The translations under genes were made by a program, and so were the position numbers. DNA of 64,000 nucleotides, taken from the NCBI GenBank assembly GCA_043742785.1, contig JAYTXU010000006.1:5269-69268 (forward strand), given 5' to 3'. The notes beneath the pieces are model-generated. The model had not been told where the DNA came from. It ran no database searches and saw only the letters and a program-made list of their open reading frames with translations. The DNA is from Candidatus Omnitrophota bacterium (lineage in GTDB: Bacteria; Omnitrophota; Gorgyraeia; Zapsychrales; Fredricksoniimonadaceae). This document shows positions 26,102 to 36,516 of this stretch, piece after piece (position 1 is the stretch's first letter; every line of letters starts with the position of its first letter).

Positions 26102-27378
26102 ACATCCTCGTCATCGGTTCCGGCGGACGTGAACACGCGCTCTGCTGGAAAATCAAACAAAGTCTTAAGGTCAAGAAGCTCTACTGCGCTCCAGGTAACG
26201 GCGGCATCGCTCAGTTAGCAGAATGCGTTCCTATTGCAGCAGAAGATATTGATGCTCTTCTAGAATTCGCCTTATCTAAGAAAATAGATTTAACTGTTGT
26301 AGGTCCTGAAGTTTCTTTAGTTAAGGGAATCGTGGATGTTTTTGTTCAAAAGGGTTTAAAAATTTTTGGTCCAAGCAAGGAAGCTTCTCAATTAGAGGGG
26401 AGTAAGGTTTTTTCAAAAGAGTTTTTACATCGAAGGAATATTCCTACCGCTATCTATAAAGTATTTGATAGGGCAAGTGAAGCGATGGATTTTTTAAACA
26501 AAGCACAGTTTCCTTTAGTGGTTAAAGCGGATGGTATTGCTGCTGGTAAAGGGGTTTATGTTTGCCAAAATCTTAAAGAAGCTCAAATAGCTATTGATGA
26601 TATTATGGTTCAAAAGATTTTTGGGGAAGCTGGAGATAGAATCGTTATAGAAGAATGCTTGATGGGTCAAGAAGCATCGGTATTAGCGATTTGTGATGGA
26701 AAACATTTCTTTGTTTTACCAAGTGCCCAGGATCATAAACGTATTTTTGATGAAGATGTGGGGCCTAATACAGGGGGAATGGGTTCTTATTCTCCAGCAC
26801 CAGTTGTTACTCAAAAACTTTTGGATGCTATTATTACACGCATTATCGAGCCTGCTGTACGTGGAATGTATCAGGAAGGTATTCCTTTTAAAGGGGTCTT
26901 ATACGCAGGGGTAATGTTAACTCAAGATGGACCTTTTGTGTTAGAATTTAATACTCGTTTTGGTGATCCTGAAACACAAAGTATTTTACCTCGGTTAAAA
27001 AGTGATTTGGTTGAAATTATGATAGCGGCTTGTGATGGTAGACTCAATGAGATAAAGGTGCAGTGGGATTCCAGGTCTTGTATTTGTGTTGCTATCGTTT
27101 CTGGAGGTTATCCAGGGAAGTACAGCAATGGTTATCAGATCAAGGGTTTAGATGAAATTACTGATGTAGACACTATTGTTTTTCATGCAGGAACCAAGAA
27201 TGACGGCGGCATCATTGTGACGGCGGGAGGCCGTGTTCTTGGGATTACAAGTTTAGGTAATTCTCTTGAAAAAGCCATTACCAAAGCGTATGACGCTGTG
27301 GATAAGATTCAGTTTGATCATATGTTTTTTCGTCGTGATATTGGACAAAAAGCTTTAAATTTAGCCAAATCCAAATGA
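26098..27378 (+). CDS. purD: Phosphoribosylamine-glycine ligase (GAR synthetase)
   Basis: MNILVIGSGGREHAL, an ATP-grasp core, and FNTRFGDPE. Confidence 0.9.
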   Translation: MNILVIGSGGREHALCWKIKQSLKVKKLYCAPGNGGIAQLAECVPIAAEDIDALLEFALSKKIDLTVVGPEVSLVKGIVDVFVQKGLKIFGPSKEASQLEGSKVFSKEFLHRRNIPTAIYKVFDRASEAMDFLNKAQFPLVVKADGIAAGKGVYVCQNLKEAQIAIDDIMVQKIFGEAGDRIVIEECLMGQEASVLAICDGKHFFVLPSAQDHKRIFDEDVGPNTGGMGSYSPAPVVTQKLLDAIITRIIEPAVRGMYQEGIPFKGVLYAGVMLTQDGPFVLEFNTRFGDPETQSILPRLKSDLVEIMIAACDGRLNEIKVQWDSRSCICVAIVSGGYPGKYSNGYQIKGLDEITDVDTIVFHAGTKNDGGIIVTAGGRVLGITSLGNSLEKAITKAYDAVDKIQFDHMFFRRDIGQKALNLAKSK

Positions 27379-28439
27379 AAACAAAAATCTTAAAGATTAA
27401 TCCAGCTGTACCAGAACCAGATATGATTGCTGAAGCGGCGCGTGTAATCCGTCAAGGTGGTTTGGTTATTTTTCCTACAGAAACGGTTTATGGGATTGCG
27501 GCAGATTCCAATAATCCTGAAGCGATGGAGCGTTTGAATCAAGTTAAGCGTCGCACCGAGAATAAACCGTATTCGATTCTTGTGGCTCACAGGGGTATTA
27601 TTGAGAATTATTCCAATTATACAAATCCAAATTTATATAAGCTTATTGATAAGTATTGGCCGGGACCGTTAACGATCATTGTCCCTTCTAAGCAGGAGGA
27701 ACATACAATTGGTATTCGTATGCCGGATCATACGATTGCTTTGCGTTTAGTTGAAGAGTCAGCGTGTACCATTGCGGCACCGTCTGCTAACTTAGAAGGT
27801 AAAAAAGCCCCAACGAATGTTACAGAGGCCTTAGTGGATTTGGATGGGTTGGTAGACTTAGCTATTGATGGAGGACCGGTTGAATTTGGTATTTCGTCTT
27901 CCATTGTTGATTTTACTAAACCTAAACCTACTGTTACCCGTGAAGGGGTGATCAGCCAGTCGGATGTGGATCGAACAGTCAATAAGAAGGTCGTTTTGTT
28001 TATTTGCACGGGCAATAGCTGTCGGTCAGTCATGGCGGAATATTTGCTTAAGGCTAAATTAGTCGGTCGTGAAGATGTGGAAGTTCTCTCTGCGGGAACA
28101 AGTGTTTATTTTAAGTCAGGAGCGAGCCAAGAGACTCTTTCAGTTTTACGCGAACAGGGAATTAATGCAGCTATTCATATTTCTAAACCTTTAGGGAGAA
28201 CCATGCTGCGCAAAGCAGATTTGATTTTTGCGATGACTAAGGGACATCGGATTCAGATTTTAGATCACGTGCCTTATGTAGAAAACAGAGTGTATTTGTT
28301 AAAAGAATTCTGTCGTCATAATATCAGCGGTGAATCGGAGTTAGATGTTCCTGATCCTATAGGACAGTCTCATGCATCCTATCAGGATTGCTTATTGATT
28401 ATCAATGAAGCGGTTGAGAAAATTGTAGATCTCTTGTAA
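27375..28439 (+). CDS. Fusion: threonylcarbamoyl-AMP synthase (TsaC/YrdC domain) plus low-molecular-weight protein phosphatase (YwlE-like)
   Basis: aa 1-~205 is a YrdC fold (FPTETVYGIAAD, VKRRTENKPYSILV, APSANLEG). aa ~213-354 is an LMW-PTP with P-loop CTGNSCRS and the DVPDPIG acid loop. Confidence 0.8.
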   Translation: MKTKILKINPAVPEPDMIAEAARVIRQGGLVIFPTETVYGIAADSNNPEAMERLNQVKRRTENKPYSILVAHRGIIENYSNYTNPNLYKLIDKYWPGPLTIIVPSKQEEHTIGIRMPDHTIALRLVEESACTIAAPSANLEGKKAPTNVTEALVDLDGLVDLAIDGGPVEFGISSSIVDFTKPKPTVTREGVISQSDVDRTVNKKVVLFICTGNSCRSVMAEYLLKAKLVGREDVEVLSAGTSVYFKSGASQETLSVLREQGINAAIHISKPLGRTMLRKADLIFAMTKGHRIQILDHVPYVENRVYLLKEFCRHNISGESELDVPDPIGQSHASYQDCLLIINEAVEKIVDLL

Positions 28440-28494
28440 TCCCCTCAGGCTGGGGAAGCCCTGTTGATTGTGAAAATTCTTTGAGGAGAATAAT

Positions 28495-28947
28495 GTGAAG
28501 GTTTATATTGGTGCAGATCACAGAGGGTTTGAATTAAAACAAAAAGTAGATGCTTTTCTAAAAATACAAGGACATCAAGTCATTGATGTGGGAACTCATG
28601 CTAAGGATGTATCGTGTGACTATCCTCAATTTTCCTATGAGGTAGCGACGAAAGTCGCTTATGATTCTAACTCGCGAGGTATATTGTTATGTATGACCGG
28701 CATCGGCCATTCTATTGCCGCTAACAAGGTGCCAGGGGCGTATGCAGCGCTGTGTTATAACAAGGAGGCAGCGGTCCTCTCCCGTCAGCATAATAATGCA
28801 AATATTCTGGTCATAGGTTCTAAATTTGTTACAGAGAAAGAACTGTTAGAAATTATAGCAGTTTGGCTTAAAGAGGATTTTGAGGGGGGAAGACATTTAG
28901 TACGTATAGAGAAAATTAAAAGGATAGAAAAGGAATTCTCAAAATGA
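28495..28947 (+). CDS. rpiB: Ribose-5-phosphate isomerase B
   Basis: RpiB/LacAB family: [28 protein letters not shown] start after a GAGGAG SD. Confidence 0.85.
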   Translation: MKVYIGADHRGFELKQKVDAFLKIQGHQVIDVGTHAKDVSCDYPQFSYEVATKVAYDSNSRGILLCMTGIGHSIAANKVPGAYAALCYNKEAAVLSRQHNNANILVIGSKFVTEKELLEIIAVWLKEDFEGGRHLVRIEKIKRIEKEFSK

Positions 28948-30179
28948 ACAACATGAAGAACGTTGATCCAGATGTCTATCAGGCGATTGAGCATGAGATG
29001 ACACGTCAGAAAAATAATCTTGAATTGATTGCCTCGGAAAATATTGTTTCCAAAGCTGTTTTGGAAGCAGCTGGCTCCATATTGACTAATAAATATGCCG
29101 AAGGTTATCCAGCTGCTCGTTGGTATAACGGTTGTGAACATGTGGATGTTATTGAGAATAAGGCTATTGAACGTGCTAAGAAGCTTTTTGGTGCCGAGCA
29201 TGTGAATGTTCAGCCGCATTCAGGTTCACAAGCTAACACGGCCGTTTATTTTGCAGCACTAAAAACAGGCGATACTATTATGGGTTTGGATTTAGCTTGC
29301 GGCGGACATTTGACCCATGGATTGAAATTTAATATTTCCGGCAGACTTTATAATGTAGTCTCTTATAAGGTTGATCCAAAGACTGAGCTTATTGATATGA
29401 ATGAAGTTGAGCGCTTAGCCATGGAGCATAAACCTAAAATGATCATTGCTGGTTATTCAGCCTATTCACGGGTTTTAGATTTTAAGCGTTTTAGAGAAAT
29501 TTGCGATAAGGTGGGGGCTTATTTATTTGTGGATATGGCTCATTTTGCGGGACTGGTCGCGGCAGGGGTACATCCTAATCCCGTTCCGTATGCGGAATTT
29601 GTAACAACAACGACTCATAAAACTTTGCGAGGTCCACGCGGTGGGATGATTCTTTGCCGTGCGGAGTTTGCTAAGAAAATAGATAGTGCTATTTTTCCAG
29701 GCATTCAAGGTGGGCCTTTGATGCATATCGTGGCGGCTAAAGCTGTTGCTTTTAAAGAAGCGTTAGAGCCATCATTTAAATCTTATCAACAGCAGGTTGT
29801 GGCCAATGCACAGGCACTATCAAAAGCTTTGACCTCTAAAGGTTTTCGTATTGTCACCGGTGGAACAGATAATCATTTATTTATGGTTGATTTGCGTTCT
29901 AAGAATATTACGGGTAAGGATATGGCTGTTTTGTTGGACCACGTACAGATTACGGTGAATAAGAACTTGATTCCGTTTGATAGCGAATCGCCAACAGTGA
30001 CTAGCGGTATTCGTATTGGAACACCTGCGATTACCACTCGTGGTATGAAAGAAAAAGAAATGAATCGTATAGCCGAGTTGATTGATCGCTCTGTGATCAA
30101 TAGGAATGATCAAGCAGCGTTAGAAGTTCTAAGAAAAGATGTTGAGAGCTTGGCTCAGGAATTTCCAATTTACGTATGA
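28944..30179 (+). CDS. glyA: Serine hydroxymethyltransferase
   Basis: PLP site [14 protein letters not shown] and N-terminal LELIASEN. Confidence 0.95.
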   Translation: MNNMKNVDPDVYQAIEHEMTRQKNNLELIASENIVSKAVLEAAGSILTNKYAEGYPAARWYNGCEHVDVIENKAIERAKKLFGAEHVNVQPHSGSQANTAVYFAALKTGDTIMGLDLACGGHLTHGLKFNISGRLYNVVSYKVDPKTELIDMNEVERLAMEHKPKMIIAGYSAYSRVLDFKRFREICDKVGAYLFVDMAHFAGLVAAGVHPNPVPYAEFVTTTTHKTLRGPRGGMILCRAEFAKKIDSAIFPGIQGGPLMHIVAAKAVAFKEALEPSFKSYQQQVVANAQALSKALTSKGFRIVTGGTDNHLFMVDLRSKNITGKDMAVLLDHVQITVNKNLIPFDSESPTVTSGIRIGTPAITTRGMKEKEMNRIAELIDRSVINRNDQAALEVLRKDVESLAQEFPIYV

Positions 30180-30649
30180 GATGCCCATCCTGTCATTATA
30201 AGGATACCAATGTTGTTGATTCAAGGATGAATAGCGATGGCACATCGATTCGTCGTCGTCGGAAATGTCCTAAATGTGAGGAACGATTTACCACCTACGA
30301 ATATATTGAACAAGTGCCTTTGATGGTGGTTAAACGCGATGGTCGTCGCCAGCCTTTTGATCGCACTAGAATTTTGAATGGAATTATCAAGGCCTGTGAG
30401 AAGCGACCTATCAGCGTTGATCAAATTGAAGCACAGGTCGATGATATTGAAAGAATCATCCGTAAAAAATACGATCAGGAAATATCTTCTAAAGATATTG
30501 GAGAGATGGTGATGGATCATCTTTCAGTGATTGATGAAGTGGCCTATGTTCGTTTTGCCTCTGTCTATCGTCAATTTCGTGATGTGAATCAATTTATGGC
30601 TGAACTACAAACCATTTTGGGAAAAAATAAAAAGAAAAAGGGAAAATGA
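30176..30649 (+). CDS. nrdR: Transcriptional repressor NrdR
   Basis: Zinc ribbon [17 protein letters not shown]...[12 protein letters not shown] followed by an ATP-cone. Confidence 0.9.
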   Translation: MRCPSCHYKDTNVVDSRMNSDGTSIRRRRKCPKCEERFTTYEYIEQVPLMVVKRDGRRQPFDRTRILNGIIKACEKRPISVDQIEAQVDDIERIIRKKYDQEISSKDIGEMVMDHLSVIDEVAYVRFASVYRQFRDVNQFMAELQTILGKNKKKKGK

Positions 30650-31050
30650 TTAAAGTCGAATTATCTCGTATTATTATTGATGAGAAGCGTCAAGATCAGG
30701 TGATTGTTCTTAAAGAAAAGAATGGGAACCGCCAAATTCCTATTGTGATTGGGTATATGGAGGCTTCAAGTATTAAGATTAAACTTATAGGGACTGAAGT
30801 TCCTCGTCCTATGACGCACGATCTTTTAGCGGATGTGATCGAGAAGTTAGGTGGAAAGATCGTACGTGTTTTAATTGATAAAATGGTTCATAACACGTAT
30901 TTTGCCAAGCTTGAAATAAAAACCAAAGACGGTGAAGTCAAATTAATCGATGCTCGTCCTTCAGACAGTATTGCTATGGCTGTGCGTTTTAAAACTCCAA
31001 TTTTTGTGGCTGAAGAAGTGTTAGAAAAAGCAGCCATGAATCCTCAATGA
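30646..31050 (+). CDS. Bifunctional nuclease (BFN/DUF151) family protein
   Basis: About 134 aa. [18 protein letters not shown] and [14 protein letters not shown] match the BFN domain pattern. Confidence 0.7.
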   Translation: MIKVELSRIIIDEKRQDQVIVLKEKNGNRQIPIVIGYMEASSIKIKLIGTEVPRPMTHDLLADVIEKLGGKIVRVLIDKMVHNTYFAKLEIKTKDGEVKLIDARPSDSIAMAVRFKTPIFVAEEVLEKAAMNPQ

Positions 31051-32474
31051 GTGGTTTGACCGTGCTTACCACAAGTCTTTTCTTAAATCCTCACCTTAAA
31101 ATGATCAAGCGCTTGAGCCAGGGACGAAAAGTTTCCACCTTTTTAGTCGGGGGATTTTTACGTGATAAATTTTTAAATCGCAGTGGATGTGATTTTGATT
31201 TTGCTGTTTCCAAAGGTGCAATTGCTTTAGCACGCACTTTTGGCAAATCAATCAACGGAGCTTTTGTTCTTTTAGATGAAGAACATCCTTGCGGGAGGGT
31301 TGTTAAAAAAGAAAACGGTCAAATCTACACTTTTGATTTTTCTGATTTCCGCAGTAGTAGTTTGGAAAAAGATTTGAAGCTTCGCGATTTTACTATTAAT
31401 ACCTTGTGTATGAATCTACAAGATAGTTGTGAGAAGGTTAACGACAATGAAGGAGCGTTAAAAGATTTGAAGCTCAAGACGATACGAATGGTGGCTTCTA
31501 GGGCTTTTGTTGATGACCCTTTAAGGCTGATGCGCGCGTTCAGTCTTTATGCTCAATTAGATTTTAAGATTGAAGCTAAAACTTTGAGCCAAATTAAAAG
31601 AGATGCACACTTGATCAATAAGGTTTCAATGGAACGTATCAGAGAAGAATTGTTTAAGGTTTTATCATCGAGTAGATGTTTTGAGACTCTGGAGTTAATG
31701 GATAAGGTAGGTTTGTTAGATAGAGTTATCCCTCAGCTTGGTATTATGAAGAAGGTTCATCAGGGAGGATATCATCACCTAGATGTTTGGAAACATACTC
31801 TTGAGGTGATTAATCAATTTGAATTATTAGTTAGTGAAATTAAAGATTCATTTATTCAAAACTATTTGCAGGAAGAAGTTGCTGGTGGGCATAAGCGTTA
31901 TGCACTTATAAAATTTTCCTGTCTTTTGCATGATATTGGAAAACCTGATACCAAGAAAAAAGAAAAAGATCGTATGACCTTTCATGGCCATGAGCATGTA
32001 GGTGCTGGGATCACACGTTTGATTGCTAAACAATTAAAGCTTTCGGTTAAAGAGCGGTATTTTCTAGAGGATCAGGTGACGTGGCATTTGCGTCCTGGGT
32101 ATTTGTCGAATTTCAAAAAACTTTCCGAACGGATGATTTTTAGATTTTTACGCGATACCAAGGAAGAAGCATTAAGCGTTCTCTTGTTAGCTTTGGCTGA
32201 TCAGGGAGCAACACGTGGGCTGTTGACCACGAAAGCAAAATTTGAACATCACAAGAAAACTTGTTGGCAGGTGATCGATAGGGTTATTGAAGATAAGAAT
32301 AAGAAGCCCTTGGTGAGATTGTTGACTGGCAATGATTTAATTAAGAAACTTAAACTTAAACCTTCACCGCTGTTTACCAAAATTTTAACCGGTGTTCAAG
32401 AAGCACAAGCTTTAGGGAAGGTAACAACAAAGCAAGAAGCTTTGGTTTTGGCAGGTAAGATTTCTAGAATTTAA
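31047..32474 (+). CDS. cca: tRNA nucleotidyltransferase (CCA-adding / poly(A) polymerase family) with HD domain
   Basis: Head motif LVGGFLRDKFLNRSGCDFDF, the RDFTIN motif, and the HD segment LLHDIGKP. Confidence 0.7.
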   Translation: MSGLTVLTTSLFLNPHLKMIKRLSQGRKVSTFLVGGFLRDKFLNRSGCDFDFAVSKGAIALARTFGKSINGAFVLLDEEHPCGRVVKKENGQIYTFDFSDFRSSSLEKDLKLRDFTINTLCMNLQDSCEKVNDNEGALKDLKLKTIRMVASRAFVDDPLRLMRAFSLYAQLDFKIEAKTLSQIKRDAHLINKVSMERIREELFKVLSSSRCFETLELMDKVGLLDRVIPQLGIMKKVHQGGYHHLDVWKHTLEVINQFELLVSEIKDSFIQNYLQEEVAGGHKRYALIKFSCLLHDIGKPDTKKKEKDRMTFHGHEHVGAGITRLIAKQLKLSVKERYFLEDQVTWHLRPGYLSNFKKLSERMIFRFLRDTKEEALSVLLLALADQGATRGLLTTKAKFEHHKKTCWQVIDRVIEDKNKKPLVRLLTGNDLIKKLKLKPSPLFTKILTGVQEAQALGKVTTKQEALVLAGKISRI

Positions 32475-32514
32475 TCAGGCTCTCGATAAGAATAACATAG
32501 GAGAAAAAGTAAAT

Positions 32515-32976
32515 ATGAATAAAAGAAGACTATTGATTAACCAGAATCAGGCATATGCACTAATGATGGTATTAATGTTTTTTAGTTTCACAATTCAAAA
32601 AAGTGAAGCTGACACAAATTCGAATGTAGTGATTGTTGAAAATACCGGATCAACGAATTCTGGGGGTTGGCGCATGATTATTGAAACTTCAGGACATATT
32701 ACTACATCTCCTTTTGGGAAGCAGGCTATCAAATATAAGAGCCTTACATACGACGTCTCTCCTGAACTGGTAAGACAACTACTCCAAGACCTTGATTCAA
32801 TTATGCCTCTTTCAAAATTACCGTCATTTTCTTGTGCTAAAAGCACTTCATTTGGAAGTTCAACCTTTATCACTTATCGGGATGAAATAAGTCCAGATAT
32901 TGATTGTACTTTCCAGAGTGCAAAGCTTAACGAGGATATCTATAAGATAAAAGCTGTGCCTTCTACCAATCTGTAG
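32515..32976 (+). CDS. Hypothetical secreted protein
   Basis: N-terminal hydrophobic segment (AYALMMVLMFFSFTIQKSEA) and a GGAG SD upstream. I recognise no family. Confidence 0.4.
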   Translation: MNKRRLLINQNQAYALMMVLMFFSFTIQKSEADTNSNVVIVENTGSTNSGGWRMIIETSGHITTSPFGKQAIKYKSLTYDVSPELVRQLLQDLDSIMPLSKLPSFSCAKSTSFGSSTFITYRDEISPDIDCTFQSAKLNEDIYKIKAVPSTNL

Positions 32977-32994
32977 TTTGTAAAATCTTAATCT

Positions 32995-33627
32995 ATGCAT
33001 TTATTCAAATTAAACGACACGGTTTTGAATCTTAAAGGTAATGCGGCCAACTTTCTCCAAGGATTAACAGCCAATAGCTTGGATCAACCCTTTAACGCTT
33101 TTTTAAACCTGCATGGCCGTATTGTATCGACCTTTCGTCAGCAGATAGTCAGTGATAATGAAATTTTGATTATCGTTCCTTCTCTGGCAGTGGAAGGTCT
33201 TTTAAAACATTTGGAGCGATACGCAAAGATCAGTGGCATTCAGATTGGGCGCCCACCAGTATATGCTTATATAGATATCGACTCCGCACAGTTAGTCTTA
33301 AAGGACAAAGAGATTTTTTCTCAAGTACACCAAGAGGAATTTATTTTGTTTAGGCTTAATAATAATCTTCCTTTATTAGGCGTCGATTATCAGCTGGATG
33401 AATTTATCCTGAATATAGATGAAGTTACATTTGTTTCTTTTACCAAGGGCTGTTTTTTAGGGCAGGAGCCGGTGTCCAAGGTTCACAATCGTTCTAAACC
33501 AACTAGGAAGTTGGTGGTAAAATTTGAAGAGGAATGCATAGATGAAGATAAGATCACAATGACTTCAAAAATAAAAGATCCTCAAGCAGGAAGGGTAAAA
33601 GGTTTTATTTTTGTCAAAAATACTTAA
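32995..33627 (+). CDS. Short YgfZ/GcvT-like folate-binding protein
   Basis: Contains the YgfZ signature K-G-C-(Y/F)-x-G-Q-E (TKGCFLGQE). At 210 aa it is shorter than E. coli YgfZ. Confidence 0.6.
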   Translation: MHLFKLNDTVLNLKGNAANFLQGLTANSLDQPFNAFLNLHGRIVSTFRQQIVSDNEILIIVPSLAVEGLLKHLERYAKISGIQIGRPPVYAYIDIDSAQLVLKDKEIFSQVHQEEFILFRLNNNLPLLGVDYQLDEFILNIDEVTFVSFTKGCFLGQEPVSKVHNRSKPTRKLVVKFEEECIDEDKITMTSKIKDPQAGRVKGFIFVKNT

Positions 33628-33680
33628 AAGTGTTAGAATACCGATCTTGTTTGATTAGCAGCAATTACTTGGAGATAGTT

Positions 33681-34823
33681 ATGGATATTCGTACTAAAAG
33701 CGTTCACACGGGTGTGAACATTGATAAGACATTCAATTCGGTGATTACTCCTATATATCCCACATCGACGTTCTTTTTTGATGAAATCGGAAAGAATAAA
33801 GGATATGACTACACTAGAAGCGGTAATCCAACGCGCGCAGCTTTGGAAGATAATATTGCTGCTTTAGAAGGAGGAGTTAATGCTTCTGCAACTTCTACAG
33901 GAATGTCAGCAATCACCACAGTATTGTTTTTCTTAAAACCAGGGGATCATATTATTACTGGTGATGATATCTATGGCGGAACTTATCGTTTGTTTAATGC
34001 TGTTCTTAAACCTATGGGGTATAAATTTTCTTTTATTAATATGAGAGATTTAAAGAAGGTAAAGTCAGAAGTAACCAAGGCTACAAAAATGTTTTGGATT
34101 GAGACACCTTCCAATCCTTTACTTAACATTGTTGATTTAGAAGCAGTTATCGCAATTGCTAAGAAAGCAAAAGCTTTATCCGTTGTTGATAACACATTCT
34201 TGTCTCCTTATTTTCAGAAACCTTTTGAATTCGGTGCTGATATGATTGTGCATTCAACGACCAAATATATCAATGGTCATAGTGATGTAGTGGGTGGAGC
34301 TATTGTTTATGGGAATAAAGAAGTGCAGGATCGTGGCCGTTATCTGGTTAATGCTTTAGGCGTTTCTCAATCCCCCTATGATGCATGGCTGGTTTTACGT
34401 GGCGCTAAGACCTTGGCTCCTCGTATGGAAGCTCATCAGGTCAATGCTATCAAGATTGCTCATTTCTTAGAATCACATCCTAATGTGAAGAAGGTTTATT
34501 ATCCTGGGCTTAAGAGTCATCCACAGCCAGAGCTTATCAAGAAACAGATGAAAGGTTTTGGAGCGATGCTTTCTTTTGAACTAAATACTAAGAAGGTTTC
34601 TCTTAATAAATTTTTTAAGAAGGTTCAATATTTTGCTTTGGCAGAATCCTTAGGTGGTGTTGAGTCTTTAACAGAATCTCCATGGTTTATGAGCCATGCT
34701 TCCATGGGGTCGGCAGGGCTTAAAGCTTCAGGTATAACCAAGGAAACAGTACGCGTATCCGTTGGTATTGAAGGGGTGGATGATTTAATAGCAGATCTTA
34801 AGCAAGCTTTGAAATCTGCTTAG
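33681..34823 (+). CDS. Cys/Met-metabolism PLP enzyme (cystathionine gamma-synthase / beta- or gamma-lyase family)
   Basis: YTRSGNPT and PLP lysine in HSTTKYINGHSD. GGAG SD lies before ATG 33681; the tracked GTG at 33630 is less likely. Exact specificity cannot be read from the sequence. Confidence 0.8.
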   Translation: MDIRTKSVHTGVNIDKTFNSVITPIYPTSTFFFDEIGKNKGYDYTRSGNPTRAALEDNIAALEGGVNASATSTGMSAITTVLFFLKPGDHIITGDDIYGGTYRLFNAVLKPMGYKFSFINMRDLKKVKSEVTKATKMFWIETPSNPLLNIVDLEAVIAIAKKAKALSVVDNTFLSPYFQKPFEFGADMIVHSTTKYINGHSDVVGGAIVYGNKEVQDRGRYLVNALGVSQSPYDAWLVLRGAKTLAPRMEAHQVNAIKIAHFLESHPNVKKVYYPGLKSHPQPELIKKQMKGFGAMLSFELNTKKVSLNKFFKKVQYFALAESLGGVESLTESPWFMSHASMGSAGLKASGITKETVRVSVGIEGVDDLIADLKQALKSA

Positions 34824-34843
34824 ACGGTGGACAAGGGTTAAAA

Positions 34844-35599
34844 ATGAAATTAAAAATATTTCTTCTAATGGTTTTTGTATGTAGTTCTATTTCTTTGTCG
34901 TATTCTTCAAACTTAGACATGGAAGCCGCCATTATGAATAAAGATTACAAACAGGCTAAAATCTTAGCGGTTGGTATTTTAAAAAGCACAGCTAACCCTA
35001 AGGATCGCATTGAGGCAGAATATTATTTGGGATTAAGTCAATTACGTTTAGGACAGTATGTTGAAGCTAGAAGTGCATTTCAAATTGTTATGTTAGCAGC
35101 TAATTCACAGGATCTTTATGATCGAGCCGCCTTAGGAATGGTAGAAGCTCTTTATGTGCCAGGTCTTTATAAAGAAGCTTTAAAAGACAGTAAAGATTTG
35201 CTAAGTAAAAGCCCGCACTCTTCATTTCTAAGTTCAATTTATCTTAAAATAGCTCGTATTCATTTGAAATTAACTCAATGGAAGGAAGCTAAAGAATATT
35301 TACAGATAGTTATTAATGAATTTCCTAAAAGTTTAGAGGCGTCTATTGCTCAAAATCTTATGGAAGAGAAGGAATATTTTGCAGTTCAGGTGGGATCGTT
35401 TTTAGATCAAGATAAAGCTGTACAGTTGATGGAGCAGTTAAGATCTAATGGACAGTATGTCTATATTGTTGAAACGACCTCGTTTGATAATAAAAGATTT
35501 TATCGTGTGCGTATTGGACAAACAACTTCGTTGTCGGATGCCAAAACTCTTGAGGCAAAATTATCTCATTTGGGACTACCAACCTTAATTTACCCGTGA
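34844..35599 (+). CDS. Secreted TPR-repeat protein with C-terminal SPOR (peptidoglycan-binding) domain
   Basis: Signal peptide and TPR-like helical repeats. The C-terminal FAVQVGSF...RFYRVRIGQ...A..L...L pattern is typical of SPOR. Confidence 0.6.
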   Translation: MKLKIFLLMVFVCSSISLSYSSNLDMEAAIMNKDYKQAKILAVGILKSTANPKDRIEAEYYLGLSQLRLGQYVEARSAFQIVMLAANSQDLYDRAALGMVEALYVPGLYKEALKDSKDLLSKSPHSSFLSSIYLKIARIHLKLTQWKEAKEYLQIVINEFPKSLEASIAQNLMEEKEYFAVQVGSFLDQDKAVQLMEQLRSNGQYVYIVETTSFDNKRFYRVRIGQTTSLSDAKTLEAKLSHLGLPTLIYP

Positions 35600-36516
35600 A
35601 GCAATCCCCCATTATTTTTATTGTAGGCCCTACCGCTGTTGGTAAGACAGAAGTATCTCTTTTATTAGCAGAACAATTATCCGCAGAGGTTATTTCTTGC
35701 GATGCTATGCAGGTTTATAAAGAAGTTAATATTGCTAGTGCCAAGCCATCTAAGGATGAGATAAGAGAAGCAAAGCATCATTGTTTGGATTTGGTTTCTG
35801 TGACAGATGATTTTAACGTGGGAACTTTTCGTGAAATAACTTTAAGAACGATAGAAGATATCCAAAAAAGGAATAAGTCTGTGATTTTCTGCGGCGGCAG
35901 TGGGATGTATATGACTGTGATGTTAGATGGTATTTTTGAAGAGCTTAGCCGAAATCCTCTCTTGCGGGAAAAGTTGCAGAAGCAGGCCATTGTCGATGGG
36001 ATTAGTTCGCTGCATCGTAAGCTTTCAGATCTAGATCCAACCGTGGCCGGTAAGATTCATCCTCATGATGCTAAAAGAATTGTTCGTGCTCTGGAAGTTT
36101 GTATGACAGCAGGAATACCGATGTCTCAGATGCAGACACAGCGTCAGGGGCTTTGGGGCCAAACGCCTATTAAGATTTTTGCTTTGAATCGTTCCCGGGA
36201 AGAACTGTATAATCGAGTAGAAGCGCGTGTGGATCAAATGTTTGAGTGGGGATTGGTTGAAGAAATTCGTCAAATTTCGGAGCTATCTTTAAGTACAACG
36301 GCTCGCACTCTTATTGGTATTAGAGAGGTGGGCGGATATTTAGCAGGGGAGTACGATTTATCCCAAGCTAAATATTTAATGAAGATGAATACGCGTCATT
36401 TTGTTAAAAGGCAATTAACCTGGTTTCGTCGTGATAAAAGAGTAGAGTGGATAGATATTGACAATCAAACGGCACAAGAGGTTGTTGAGAAGATAAGAAA
36501 GCGAATAGAAGCATGA
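35596..36516 (+). CDS. miaA: tRNA dimethylallyltransferase
   Basis: P-loop GPTAVGKT, MQVYKE, and QLTWFR motifs. GTG start overlaps the upstream stop. Confidence 0.9.
   Translation: MKQSPIIFIVGPTAVGKTEVSLLLAEQLSAEVISCDAMQVYKEVNIASAKPSKDEIREAKHHCLDLVSVTDDFNVGTFREITLRTIEDIQKRNKSVIFCGGSGMYMTVMLDGIFEELSRNPLLREKLQKQAIVDGISSLHRKLSDLDPTVAGKIHPHDAKRIVRALEVCMTAGIPMSQMQTQRQGLWGQTPIKIFALNRSREELYNRVEARVDQMFEWGLVEEIRQISELSLSTTARTLIGIREVGGYLAGEYDLSQAKYLMKMNTRHFVKRQLTWFRRDKRVEWIDIDNQTAQEVVEKIRKRIEA

Noticed and set aside
28441-28475. Weak GC hairpins (CCCC..GGGG, CAGGC..GCCCTG) after the tsaC fusion gene as a terminator
   Set aside because: The stems are only 4-5 bp with a bulge, and no T-run follows. rpiB follows closely and is probably co-transcribed.
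28785-29219. 144-aa minus-strand ORF antisense to rpiB/glyA
   Set aside because: It is fully antisense to two highly conserved genes, and its composition is typical of antisense artefacts in AT-rich DNA.
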